Below, piece by piece: positions 29,151 through 39,353 of a stretch of DNA of 64,000 bases. Position 1 is the stretch's first letter. Each line of letters opens with the position of its first letter. A model generated the notes under the pieces. The model ran no database searches and was not told where the DNA came from. It worked only from the letters and a program-made list of their open reading frames with translations. The stretch covers positions 8,238 through 72,237 of IMG/VR virus record IMGVR_UViG_3300005611_002069; one strand, 5' to 3'. The position numbers and the translations under genes are program-made. The stretch comes from a virus (lineage: Duplodnaviria; Caudoviricetes).

Positions 29151-30116
29151 ATGACAAAAATTTTATGTAGTGCTGACTGGCATATACTTTTACACAAAAA
29201 GAAGGTTCCATATGATTGGCAAGTAGGTAGATTTAAAGCTATGTTCAGAAAGCTAATTGCCCTAGAACAGCGGTGTGATGTGCATATTATTGCTGGTGAC
29301 ATATTTGATAAAAAACCTGAGCCAGATGAAATCTGTTTATTTTTAAGCTATATCAATTCAGTCACAATTCCCACATACATTATCCCTGGCAATCACGAAG
29401 CCACTAGAAAAGGAGAATCATTTTTTGAATACTTTACTCAAGAGAATGCCATCAAAAATGAGAACGTCACTGTGTTTACTAGAAACGGACGTGCGAGTGT
29501 TGGTGAAGCGAATTTTTGCTTTTTTCCGTATGGGGAAATGCAAAAAGACAATCTCCCTAATTACGTGGAAGGCGACATACTGGTTACACATATTCGCGGA
29601 GAAGTGCCGCCGCATGTATCGCCAGAATATGACTTTTCCCGTCTCGCCCCTTGGCGCTTATGTTTACTTGGTGACTTACACTTTAATCATCGTTATGGTG
29701 ACAGCGACTGTTACTATCCTGGTAGTCCACTAAATACTACTTTTGATCGTGATGAGAAACGTCAATATGGTGTAGATATCTATGACTTTAGTAGCGATAA
29801 AGACTATAAACGTGAGTTTGTAGATTTACAACTACCAAAGCTAGTTCGTAAACGTATTGTAGCTGGAGAACCTATGCCTGAAGATAAAATAAATCATGTG
29901 GTGTATGAAGTTACTGGCTCAGTAGATGAACTAACTAAGATTGAGAATACAGAACTGCTAGATAAGAAGATAGCATCTGCACCTGATGACACCTCCAAAC
30001 TAGACTTAAAAAATAAAACTACATTTGAAGAGCTAGAGTTATACTTAGACTATATTAAGATTAAAGATAAAACTGCTGTACTAAGTGAGTTCAAAGAGTT
30101 AAATATAAATGTGTGA
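29151..30116 (+). CDS. SbcD/Mre11-like nuclease (T5 D12)
   Basis: ADWH, AGDIFD, PGNHE, THIRG, LGDLH, YPGSP phosphoesterase motifs. Confidence 0.92.
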   Translation: MTKILCSADWHILLHKKKVPYDWQVGRFKAMFRKLIALEQRCDVHIIAGDIFDKKPEPDEICLFLSYINSVTIPTYIIPGNHEATRKGESFFEYFTQENAIKNENVTVFTRNGRASVGEANFCFFPYGEMQKDNLPNYVEGDILVTHIRGEVPPHVSPEYDFSRLAPWRLCLLGDLHFNHRYGDSDCYYPGSPLNTTFDRDEKRQYGVDIYDFSSDKDYKREFVDLQLPKLVRKRIVAGEPMPEDKINHVVYEVTGSVDELTKIENTELLDKKIASAPDDTSKLDLKNKTTFEELELYLDYIKIKDKTAVLSEFKELNINV

Positions 30117-31080
30117 TGTTACCTATAATAGGGTGTTCTGGGAATATCTTCAGACTAAATCTTATATGCGACCTCTAAGCAGCTACTTTTGTCATGAGCT
30201 AGTACCTAGTCTTGGCGTTAAAGTTCTTGATCCGCCCTACAAAAAGTGTGATGACTTTAAAAAAGACTATACATGGTTAGTTCGCAACTTTAAACGCAGA
30301 TATCCTCATAAACGGTTTGTGCTTGCGCTATCAGGTGGCATAGACTCTGAGGTGTGTGCAGAAACCTTTTATCAACTAGATATTCCTTTTAGAGCTGTCA
30401 GTTTACGTTTATTTGACGGAGCAAATGATTTTGACATCGCATTTGCGGCTAGATACTGCAAAACACGGAACATTGATTACAAAATTTATAATCTTTCACT
30501 CTCACACTTAAAGAGTTCAGTAATCCCAAAAGCCGTCGAGTTTGGACAGTTTACACATTCTGCTTCTCAATGTGCGCTAACACACTTATTTGAGCATGTA
30601 GATGATGATGAAATTCTAATAATGAGCGGACATAATCCAGACTATCATCCACAGTTAGGTTTTGGTTGGATGGAAGACTCTATCAATATGGTAAAGTATG
30701 CTATAAACACTGATAATCGGTTTATGACTTTTACTAGCCTTGAGCCTATCTTTGTTCACTATATGAAAAATTTTGATGCAAGCTTGCCTGGTGGAAAGAA
30801 TAACGATTTTATCTATAAGGCATTTCCTGCTTTATCAATAAGAAAAAAAATGACAGGATGGGAAGCTGCTTTAGATCAGCAATCTGAGTGTGAATCTATA
30901 GTTAGAAAACTTTCTAATCATGCATATGCAACATTCGTAACATGGCCCGAGCTTACTCTAAGACGTAAACTAGAAGTAGAAAAAAAGTTAGATGAGTATT
31001 TTCAAAAGCACAAATTACAAGATACTTGGTTATCATACAAATTACAAAAAGGAGTAAAAAGTGGCATATATAAAACTTAA
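30109..31080 (+). CDS. PP-loop adenine-nucleotide alpha-hydrolase family protein
   Basis: FVLALSGGIDSE PP-loop; no glutaminase domain. Confidence 0.7.
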   Translation: MCDVTYNRVFWEYLQTKSYMRPLSSYFCHELVPSLGVKVLDPPYKKCDDFKKDYTWLVRNFKRRYPHKRFVLALSGGIDSEVCAETFYQLDIPFRAVSLRLFDGANDFDIAFAARYCKTRNIDYKIYNLSLSHLKSSVIPKAVEFGQFTHSASQCALTHLFEHVDDDEILIMSGHNPDYHPQLGFGWMEDSINMVKYAINTDNRFMTFTSLEPIFVHYMKNFDASLPGGKNNDFIYKAFPALSIRKKMTGWEAALDQQSECESIVRKLSNHAYATFVTWPELTLRRKLEVEKKLDEYFQKHKLQDTWLSYKLQKGVKSGIYKT

Positions 31081-32890
31081 GAAACTAGAGTTTTCTAATC
31101 TATTTTCATATGGCAAAAATAATGTGATTAACTTTGAGAAAAATAAGATCAGTCAACTAACCGCTCCGAATGGTAGTGGTAAAACCTCTATCGCTATGAT
31201 TCTTCAAGAAACACTTTTCAATAAGAATATTAAATCTATAAAAAAGAATGATTTACTCAATAGGTGGTCAAGCTCTAAAACATGGTCTAGTACTCTCTAT
31301 TTTACAACAAATTCAAAAAACTATGAAATATCTGTAAAACGCGTTGGTGCACAAACTAAGATACAACTGCTAGAGGAAGGAGTTGACATAAGTGACCATA
31401 AAGTATTAGATACTTATAAAAAAATTCAAGAGATTGTAGGCTTAGATTTTGAAGTTTTTTCTCAACTCACTTATCAATCATCAGTAGATTTACTAGACTT
31501 TCTAAAAGCGACAGACACCAATAGAAAAAAGTTTCTCATTAACTTATTCAATCTTGAAAAGTATGTAAATATAGGAGAAACAATAAAAGTAAAGTTAAAT
31601 ACTACAGATAAAGAACTAGCTAAGATTAGTGGTGAGCTAAAGTCTATTGAAGACTTTTTAAATAATGTTGTTATACCAGAAAAACAAACAGAAAAAGCAG
31701 TGCCTGACATTGATGAGTCGCTACAACAAAGAATTGGTGTTTTAGATGAACAGCTAAAAAACTACTTTGAAACCTGTAAAAAGATAGATAAAAATAATCT
31801 ATACATAAAAGAGAGAGAAAATTTAAGATTTAAAATTGATATGCCTGCTCCTTTATCTTTTGATAAATTTAATGAGTATACAGATGCAAAAAATGAATTA
31901 CGTAGTATTCAACAAGATATAGCAAGATGGAAAAAAGAAATGACAGGGTTAGATACTAATGATACTTGTCCTGCCTGTGGTCAGTCAATAGATAACTCTC
32001 ATGCTACTCTATTAATTCATAATAATAAAGCAAAAATCATAAATGCTGAGAATAACTATAACGAAAAACTAACACAAGTAAAAGAGTGGAGTGATGAGAT
32101 TAAAGAGATCGAAACTCAACAAAAACGGTATGAATTAAATCAGTCTGCTATAGAAAAGTTTGAATCTTTATCGCAGATCATAGATAATAGCATACCTGTT
32201 GAATATCCAGATGTTGACATGATTCAAAAGGAAAAAAAGGAGCTACTAGAAAAATACAAAATTCAAAAAGCTGTGGTAGACGAAATAGTAGAATTTAATA
32301 AACAAGTTGGAGTAAATAATGCTAAAGTCGAAGCACTAGAAGAGCAAAAAACGGATTTTATAAATAGACAAGCTCTTGTTAAAAATGATACATTAGTCTT
32401 ACAAAATTCGTTGAATAATCTAAACATTTTAAAGAAAGCCTTTAGTACCTCAGGGATAGTAGCTTTCAAATTAGAAAATTTAACAAAAGAGCTTCAAAAC
32501 TCAATTAACTATTATCTATCACTTCTAAGTGATGGTCAGTTTCAAGTCAAGTTTACATTAGATAGAGAAAAACTAAATATAATTGTAGTTAATAATGGTG
32601 TAAGCACCCCGATAGAAACTGTTTCAGGTGGAGAATTTAGCAGAATTCAGACGGCTATTTTACTAGCCATAAGAAACCTGTTGTCAAAACTAGGTGGCAG
32701 CAGTATCAATCTTCTTTTCTTAGATGAAATTACGGGTGTGTTAGATGACGAAGGAAAAGAAAAGTTGATAGAAGTTTTACAGATAGAAGAAAATCTTAAT
32801 GTATTTCTTATATCACACGACTTTACTCATCCGTTAATAGATCAAATACAGATAACAAAGAACAATAATATAAGTTCGATAGAGGTATAA
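31061..32890 (+). CDS. SbcC/Rad50-like ATPase (T5 D13), GTG start
   Basis: NGSGKTS, zinc hook CPACG, VSGGE signature, LFLDE. Confidence 0.93.
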   Translation: MAYIKLKKLEFSNLFSYGKNNVINFEKNKISQLTAPNGSGKTSIAMILQETLFNKNIKSIKKNDLLNRWSSSKTWSSTLYFTTNSKNYEISVKRVGAQTKIQLLEEGVDISDHKVLDTYKKIQEIVGLDFEVFSQLTYQSSVDLLDFLKATDTNRKKFLINLFNLEKYVNIGETIKVKLNTTDKELAKISGELKSIEDFLNNVVIPEKQTEKAVPDIDESLQQRIGVLDEQLKNYFETCKKIDKNNLYIKERENLRFKIDMPAPLSFDKFNEYTDAKNELRSIQQDIARWKKEMTGLDTNDTCPACGQSIDNSHATLLIHNNKAKIINAENNYNEKLTQVKEWSDEIKEIETQQKRYELNQSAIEKFESLSQIIDNSIPVEYPDVDMIQKEKKELLEKYKIQKAVVDEIVEFNKQVGVNNAKVEALEEQKTDFINRQALVKNDTLVLQNSLNNLNILKKAFSTSGIVAFKLENLTKELQNSINYYLSLLSDGQFQVKFTLDREKLNIIVVNNGVSTPIETVSGGEFSRIQTAILLAIRNLLSKLGGSSINLLFLDEITGVLDDEGKEKLIEVLQIEENLNVFLISHDFTHPLIDQIQITKNNNISSIEV

Positions 32891-32891
32891 C

Positions 32892-34634
32892 ATGGTAGAA
32901 ATAAATTTAAAACAAGATAAAAATATTACAGAACAAGCAATGAAGTTGTTAAAAGACTATTATTGTCGAGACGGTGAGACTAGCCCTCAACAAGCTTTCG
33001 CAAGAGCTGCTGCTTGTTATAGTCCTAACAATGCTTTTGCACAAAGAATTTATGACTATGTATCTAAAGGGTGGTTTATGTTTGCATCTCCAGTACTTTC
33101 AAATGCTGTAAAACCTGGAGAAAAAGTAAAAGCATTACCGATTTCTTGTTTTTTAACATATGTTCCTGACTCATTAGAAGGTTTGATTGATCATACAGCT
33201 GAACTCAGATGGTTGTCTGTTAAAGGTGGAGGAGTAGGAGGTCATTGGAGTGATGTTAGAGCTGTATCAGATAAAGCTCCAGGTCCTATGCCGTTTTTAT
33301 CCACTGTAGATGCAGATATGGTAGCTTATAGACAAGGTAAAACACGTAAGGGTAGCTATGCTGCTTACCTTGATATTGACCATCCTGACATTATTGAATT
33401 TGTAAATATGAGAATACCTACAGGTGACGTAAATCGAAAATGCTTAAACTTACATAATGCTGTTAATATCACAGACAAATTTATGCAAGCAGTTGAAAAC
33501 AACGAAGACTGGTATCTTTTAGATCCTAATGACAGAAGTGTTAGAGACACAATCTCAGCAAGAAAACTTTGGGAAACTCTACTAGAAACTAGATTTAGAA
33601 CAGGTGAACCATATTTAAATTTTATTGATACAGCTAATAGGGCATTACCTCAACCTATGAAAGATAAAGGGTTAGTATTAAAAGGCTCTAACTTGTGTAA
33701 CGAAATTCATTTACCGACTAGTAAAGATAGAACTGCTGTTTGTTGTCTATCTTCTGTAAATATAGAAAAGTTTGATGAGTGGAAAGATACAGACATGATT
33801 AAAGATCTTACTAAGTTCTTAGATTATGTACTACAATTTTTTATCGATCATGCAGGAGATGAGATAAGTCGTGCAAGATACTCTGCACAACAAGAACGAT
33901 CATTAGGGTTAGGTGCTATGGGATTGCACTCATATTATCATAAACACAGAGTGCCTTTTGAATCTGCTAAAGCAGCACTTATAAATGAGACAATATTTAA
34001 GCATATAAAAGAACAAGCCCTAGAAGCTACTCTTGAAATGGGTAAAGAATTAGGTGAGTGTCCAGACATGGCAGGAACAGGTAGAAGAAACTCTCATATG
34101 TTAGCAATAGCTCCTAATGCTAATAGCTCTATATTATGTGATACATCTCCTTCTATAGAACCTTCTAAAGCTAATGCTTATACTCATAGAACTCGTGCAG
34201 GTTCACACTTAATTAAGAATAGATACTTAGAGGAAGAATTAGAAAAGTTAGGAAAAAACAATGAAAAAGTATGGACAAGCATTATAACTAGTGGTGGTTC
34301 TGTACAACATCTTAAGTTTTTATCTGACGAATTAAAAGCAGTATTTAAAACTGCAATAGAACTTGATCAGTCAAAAATAGTAGAACAAGCGGCTGCTAGA
34401 CAAAAATATTTATGCCAAGGTCAGTCACTAAATGTGTTTTTTCCTGCAGGAGCTAGTAAAAGTTATATACACAAGGTGCACTATCTTGCATGGAAACTAG
34501 GCTGTAAAGGACTATACTATTTAAGAACTGAGACTACGCAACGGGCAGAAAATGTTGCTGAAAAAATTAAAAGAGACAAATTAAAAGATTTTGTGGCACA
34601 AGAAGATGAATCTTGTGTAGCATGTGAAGGATAA
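32892..34634 (+). CDS. nrdA: class I ribonucleotide reductase alpha subunit (no ATP cone)
   Basis: ISCFL, SNLCNEI, APNANSS, LYYLR, C-terminal CVAC. Confidence 0.95.
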   Translation: MVEINLKQDKNITEQAMKLLKDYYCRDGETSPQQAFARAAACYSPNNAFAQRIYDYVSKGWFMFASPVLSNAVKPGEKVKALPISCFLTYVPDSLEGLIDHTAELRWLSVKGGGVGGHWSDVRAVSDKAPGPMPFLSTVDADMVAYRQGKTRKGSYAAYLDIDHPDIIEFVNMRIPTGDVNRKCLNLHNAVNITDKFMQAVENNEDWYLLDPNDRSVRDTISARKLWETLLETRFRTGEPYLNFIDTANRALPQPMKDKGLVLKGSNLCNEIHLPTSKDRTAVCCLSSVNIEKFDEWKDTDMIKDLTKFLDYVLQFFIDHAGDEISRARYSAQQERSLGLGAMGLHSYYHKHRVPFESAKAALINETIFKHIKEQALEATLEMGKELGECPDMAGTGRRNSHMLAIAPNANSSILCDTSPSIEPSKANAYTHRTRAGSHLIKNRYLEEELEKLGKNNEKVWTSIITSGGSVQHLKFLSDELKAVFKTAIELDQSKIVEQAAARQKYLCQGQSLNVFFPAGASKSYIHKVHYLAWKLGCKGLYYLRTETTQRAENVAEKIKRDKLKDFVAQEDESCVACEG

Positions 34635-34638
34635 AGAA

Positions 34639-35886
34639 ATGAATATTAGAATAGTAACAAAAAAAGATTGTCCATTTTGTGTAATGGCTAAAAACTGGTT
34701 TAAAGAGCATGGAATCGAATACGAAGAACAACTCATGGAAAGAGAAGAAGATAGATTAGCTTTTTATCAAACATTAAATGATATGGAAGAAACTATCGGT
34801 AAAAATGACAGAACAAGACGTATTAATTCTGTACCTCAAATATTTATTGATGATGAAAGAATAGGTGGATATGATAATCTTATGAGAATGAGTGATTCTT
34901 TAATTAAGAAAACCTCTGGTGGATTATTAAACTTTAGTGAAACTTACAAACCCTTTCATTATCCCTGGGCTGTAGAAATCACTACCAGACATGAAAAAGT
35001 GCATTGGATTGAAGATGAACTTGATCTATCTGAGGATGTAACAGATTGGAAAGGTGGTAAAGTCAGCGCAATAGAAAAAGAATATATAACAAATATTCTT
35101 AGGTTATTTACCCAGTCAGATGTTGCAGTAGGGCAAAACTACTATGATCAGTTTATTCCAAAGTTTAAGAATAATGAGGTAAGAAATATGCTTGGCTCTT
35201 TTGCTTCAAGAGAGGGTATACACCAAAGAGCATATGCGTTGCTTAATGAAACTTTAGGACTTCCTGATTCAGAATATCATGCATTTTTAGAATACTCTGA
35301 AATGGCAGACAAAATTGAGTTTATGATGGATTCAAATGTTAATACTCAAAGAGGTCTAGGATTAGCACTAGCTAAGTCTGTATTTAATGAGGGTGTAGCT
35401 TTATTCGCATCTTTTGTTATGCTTCTTAACTTTCAAAGATCAGGTAAAATGAAAGGTATGGGTAAAGTTGTTGAGTGGTCTATTAGAGATGAGTCCATAC
35501 ATGTTGAAGGTATAGCTAAAGTTTTTAGACAATATTGTTTAGAGTATCCTAGAATTGTAGGAGATAAATTCAAAGCTGATATTTATAATATGTCTACTCT
35601 ATCAGTTGAACTAGAAGATAAGTTCGTTGACTTAGCTTATAGTATGGGAGATATTGAAGGCTTATCAGCTGATGATGTAAAAACATATATAAGATATATA
35701 ACTGATCGTAGATTATTACAACTAGGACTAAAACCGAACTTTAAGGTAAAAGAAAATCCTTTACCTTGGCTCGAATGGGTTCTAAATGGAGCCGATCACA
35801 CTAACTTTTTCGAAAATCGTGTGACAGAATATGAAGTGGCTGGTCTTACTGGCTCATGGGAAGAAGCATACAAGGAGGTTGCATGA
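34639..35886 (+). CDS. nrdB: glutaredoxin-fused ribonucleotide reductase beta subunit
   Basis: N-terminal CPFC...SVPQIFI..IGGY Grx domain; FTQSD, EGIH, IRDESIH, NFFE. Confidence 0.93.
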   Translation: MNIRIVTKKDCPFCVMAKNWFKEHGIEYEEQLMEREEDRLAFYQTLNDMEETIGKNDRTRRINSVPQIFIDDERIGGYDNLMRMSDSLIKKTSGGLLNFSETYKPFHYPWAVEITTRHEKVHWIEDELDLSEDVTDWKGGKVSAIEKEYITNILRLFTQSDVAVGQNYYDQFIPKFKNNEVRNMLGSFASREGIHQRAYALLNETLGLPDSEYHAFLEYSEMADKIEFMMDSNVNTQRGLGLALAKSVFNEGVALFASFVMLLNFQRSGKMKGMGKVVEWSIRDESIHVEGIAKVFRQYCLEYPRIVGDKFKADIYNMSTLSVELEDKFVDLAYSMGDIEGLSADDVKTYIRYITDRRLLQLGLKPNFKVKENPLPWLEWVLNGADHTNFFENRVTEYEVAGLTGSWEEAYKEVA

Positions 35887-36272
35887 CCACCAACTTTGAA
35901 AGAGTAAAAGTCTTTATGGAAACATTTGGACAAGAAGTAAAATCAGAAATTGAGTTACCCGATAAAAATACTCAAAAACTAAGAGTTCGTTTAATACAAG
36001 AAGAACTTACTGAGTTAATACAGGCATTAGCAGTAGAAGATGAAGTAGAAGTAGCAGATGCATTGACCGATATACTATATGTTACTTATGGAGCAGGTCA
36101 TGCTTTTGGAATAGACCTTGATGCTTGTTTTAAAGAAGTTCAAGAATCAAACATGAGTAAACTAGGAGCTGATGGGAAACCTGTATATAGATCAGACGGT
36201 AAAGTACAAAAAGGTCCAAACTACTGGAAACCAAATCTGCATAAGATACTATATAAGGAATTAAATGGCTAA
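35883..36272 (+). CDS. MazG-like all-alpha NTP pyrophosphatase (DR2231/PRA-PH-like)
   Basis: EELTEL..EVADALTDILYV, EVQESNMSK, DGKVQKGP. Confidence 0.85.
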   Translation: MTTNFERVKVFMETFGQEVKSEIELPDKNTQKLRVRLIQEELTELIQALAVEDEVEVADALTDILYVTYGAGHAFGIDLDACFKEVQESNMSKLGADGKPVYRSDGKVQKGPNYWKPNLHKILYKELNG

Positions 36273-36966
36273 CGGAAATAGCAACGGAAAACACCACTTA
36301 CGTAGGGTGCGAATAGACGACCTACTAACACACGACCCTATTACAATAAATCAGAAAAAAGTTTACGAAGCATATAAAAAAGGTAACAATCTTTTTCTTC
36401 ATGGCATAGCTGGAACAGGTAAAACATTTATTAGTTTATACTTAGCTCTCGAAGAAGTCTTAGATAGAAGTAGTGTGTATAATGACATAATCATTGTTAG
36501 AAGTGCAGTTACTACTAGAGATATAGGTTTTCTGCCAGGCGATGAACAAGAAAAAGTTTCTATGTACGAAGCTCCGTATAGGTCAATCTGTGCGGAGCTT
36601 TTTAATGTAAAAGATGCTTATGACTCACTTAAAGCACAAGGCAATGTAAAGTTTATGAGTACGTCTTTCATTAGGGGCATAACGATAAATCACGCCATAG
36701 TGATTGTGGATGAATGTCAGAACTTGAATTTTCATGAACTTGATAGTATAATAACTAGAGTTGGAAAAGACGCAAAAATTATATTCTGTGGAGATTACAA
36801 CCAAACAGACTTACAAAAAGATAATGATAAGAAGGGTGTTCTTGAATTTATGAAAATACTCTCTGAAGTTAATCACTTTGAAAAAGTTGAATTTGTAATA
36901 GATGACATTGTAAGGTCTGACTTTTTAAAAGAGTACATAATAGCAAAATATAAACTAGGATTTTAG
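36265..36966 (+). CDS. phoH: PhoH family ATPase
   Basis: GIAGTGKT, IGFLPG, RGITI, IVDECQN, GDYNQTD. Confidence 0.93.
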   Translation: MANGNSNGKHHLRRVRIDDLLTHDPITINQKKVYEAYKKGNNLFLHGIAGTGKTFISLYLALEEVLDRSSVYNDIIIVRSAVTTRDIGFLPGDEQEKVSMYEAPYRSICAELFNVKDAYDSLKAQGNVKFMSTSFIRGITINHAIVIVDECQNLNFHELDSIITRVGKDAKIIFCGDYNQTDLQKDNDKKGVLEFMKILSEVNHFEKVEFVIDDIVRSDFLKEYIIAKYKLGF

Positions 36967-36977
36967 AGTAATAACTC

Positions 36978-37499
36978 ATGTTCGTAAAAGAAGTAAAAAT
37001 AGACTTTGATTTTAATTTTGAAGAGGTTGCTTGGGAAGAACACGCCCATAATTGCATACCATATCAAAAAGTAGAACTTAAAGATGTGCATGATAAGGTT
37101 GGTGGTTTTCCAAAATCATTAACTGTAAAGAACACTATGTTTTATCAAAAATTTTTTACTAGAGAAGAGATAGATTATAAAAATTTAGAAGAGCAATTAG
37201 GGATAGAAGCTGTTACGGTATCTATTATTAAACAACCTCCAGGTATGACTAATCCATTACATAGAGATACTTTTTACCAGATAAATAAACTTTACCCTAA
37301 TGATAAAAGACTTAAAGTAAGAGCTAATATCCAACTACTAGATTGGAAAGATGGTCATTTTCTTCAATATAATAAAACAGTGGTTAGTCATTGGAAAAAG
37401 AACACAGGACATATGTGGGATTCAGACGTGTTACATCTAGCAGTAAATGCAGGTTTAGAAGATAGATACTCACTACAAGTATCAGGATTTTTACAATGA
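36978..37499 (+). CDS. cupin/Fe(II)-2OG-type oxygenase
   Basis: KQPPG..PLHRD (HxD), LHLAVNAG, RYSLQVSG. Confidence 0.7.
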   Translation: MFVKEVKIDFDFNFEEVAWEEHAHNCIPYQKVELKDVHDKVGGFPKSLTVKNTMFYQKFFTREEIDYKNLEEQLGIEAVTVSIIKQPPGMTNPLHRDTFYQINKLYPNDKRLKVRANIQLLDWKDGHFLQYNKTVVSHWKKNTGHMWDSDVLHLAVNAGLEDRYSLQVSGFLQ

Positions 37500-38338
37500 T
37501 AAGATTCAAAGGAGCAACCAGTGTTGCTGATGTTGAAGTTCTGTATAAAATTCATGAAGGGCATCAAGAGTGTAAAGTAAAAGACTTCCTTGAAGAGTAT
37601 AAAGAATGGATGCAAAAAGGACATAATATTAATGGACTGGACAAGTTTACCCACCTTAGTTATGCAAATGGAACTACTGAGGTATTTGATAAGTTTTATC
37701 TTAGGCATTTAGAAAAAAGATTAAGATTTTTTAAAGGTGAATACTACTATCATAGTATAGCTGCAAGAGAGTGGTTTAGAGATAGATTTGCCTTTATTGA
37801 AGATGATGTTATAAAAAATGATGACGTAGTAGTTATAAGTGTACCTTTTAGTGATACAGGAAATTTACATTTCTATTATGATTGGCTGATGAAAGAGTGT
37901 TGCGAAAAAAATGTTCCTGTTTTGGTAGACATGGCATACATAAACCTAACAAAAAACTTTGAGTTGTCTCTTGATTATGATTGTATAGAAACAGTAGCAA
38001 CAAGTCTAAGTAAAGTATTTCCTGTGCAGTATTATAGAATAGGAATGAGACTTAATAAAGAGTTTAGAGATGATACTTTAGATGCTTACACTGATCAAAA
38101 CTATGTAAATCAGACCAGTGTTAACATGGGTTGTCATTTAATTAATAATTTTAGTAATACTCACACATATAATAAATACATTAATAAACAGAAAAAAATA
38201 TGCTGGGAGCTTGATGTTGAGCCTAGTGATTGCGTAATATTTGGGATAGATAAAAAAAATTTTCACCCAAAGCTAAACAGAGGCGGTAAGACTAATAGAT
38301 TGTGTTTCAGCAGATTATGGGGTAACAATGGCGTGTAA
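37496..38338 (+). CDS. fold-type I PLP-dependent enzyme (short, aminotransferase I/II-like)
   Basis: VLVDMAY (PLP Asp) and TSLSKVFP..YRIG (Schiff-base Lys). Confidence 0.72.
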   Translation: MIRFKGATSVADVEVLYKIHEGHQECKVKDFLEEYKEWMQKGHNINGLDKFTHLSYANGTTEVFDKFYLRHLEKRLRFFKGEYYYHSIAAREWFRDRFAFIEDDVIKNDDVVVISVPFSDTGNLHFYYDWLMKECCEKNVPVLVDMAYINLTKNFELSLDYDCIETVATSLSKVFPVQYYRIGMRLNKEFRDDTLDAYTDQNYVNQTSVNMGCHLINNFSNTHTYNKYINKQKKICWELDVEPSDCVIFGIDKKNFHPKLNRGGKTNRLCFSRLWGNNGV

Positions 38339-39353
38339 CAATGATTGGAGTCCTTTAGAAGAGATAATAGTTGGAACAGCAGATTATGCTTCTATACCTT
38401 TGACTAATATAAGCACTATGAAATGCCAGTTTCCAGAGTATGAAGAAGAATATATCAAACAATACACTGGTTTTTTCCCACAACAAATTATTGATGAACA
38501 AAATGAAGACTTAGAAAAATTATCTGATGTTCTAAAAAAACTAGGTGTAAAAGTCCACAGACCAGACACACAGTACGCGGAAACAGAAACTGTGTCACCC
38601 AACTGGAGAGGTAAAAACTGGCACTATCATTGTCCTCGTGATTTAACATTAGTTGTTGGAGATACACTTATAGAAACTCCTTCACCAATCTGGAATCGTC
38701 AATACGAGACTTGGGCTTATAGGAAGATTTTTACAGAACTGTTTAATGAAGGATATAATTGGGTAAAGGCGCCTATTCCTATTCTTTATGATGAAAATTA
38801 TAAAGAGAACACAAAAGGAGTTCCTGCTCTTAATAATCTAGAAATTTTATTTGAAGCGGCAAACTGTATAAGAATCAACGAAGATATATTGTATCAAGTT
38901 TCAAACACAGGAAATGAAAATGGTGCTAAATGGTTACAGCGTACCTTAGGAGATAAGTATAAAGTTCATGTAGCTACAGATCTGTATTCATATGCACATC
39001 TAGATAGCACGATAGTGCCTTTGAGAGAAGGCTTAGTGCTTTATAATGCACACAGAGTCACACCACAGAATGAGCCTGAGATATTTAAGTCATGGGATAA
39101 AATCTGGATAAATGAGTGTGTAGGGCCTGATACTTCACCCTTTAATCTGCCTTGGGGTGCTAGTGAGTGGATTGGTTTAAATCTTTTAAGTATAAACGAA
39201 AATCTTGCTATTGTAGACAAGAAACAAACACAAATACATGAAAGAATGAAGTCTTTTGGAATTGAAACAATACCACTTGAACTCAGGCATGATAGAATTA
39301 TAAGTGGAGGATTTCATTGCGTAACGCTGGACTTAAAAAGAAAAATATCATAA
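38328..39353 (+). CDS. amidinotransferase, StrB1 (inosamine-phosphate) type
   Basis: NDWSPLEEIIVG, CPRD, FEAAN, GNENGAKWLQ, HLDSTIVPLREGLVL, SEWIGLNLL, GGFHCVTLD; acid-His-Cys triad present. Confidence 0.9.
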   Translation: MACNNDWSPLEEIIVGTADYASIPLTNISTMKCQFPEYEEEYIKQYTGFFPQQIIDEQNEDLEKLSDVLKKLGVKVHRPDTQYAETETVSPNWRGKNWHYHCPRDLTLVVGDTLIETPSPIWNRQYETWAYRKIFTELFNEGYNWVKAPIPILYDENYKENTKGVPALNNLEILFEAANCIRINEDILYQVSNTGNENGAKWLQRTLGDKYKVHVATDLYSYAHLDSTIVPLREGLVLYNAHRVTPQNEPEIFKSWDKIWINECVGPDTSPFNLPWGASEWIGLNLLSINENLAIVDKKQTQIHERMKSFGIETIPLELRHDRIISGGFHCVTLDLKRKIS

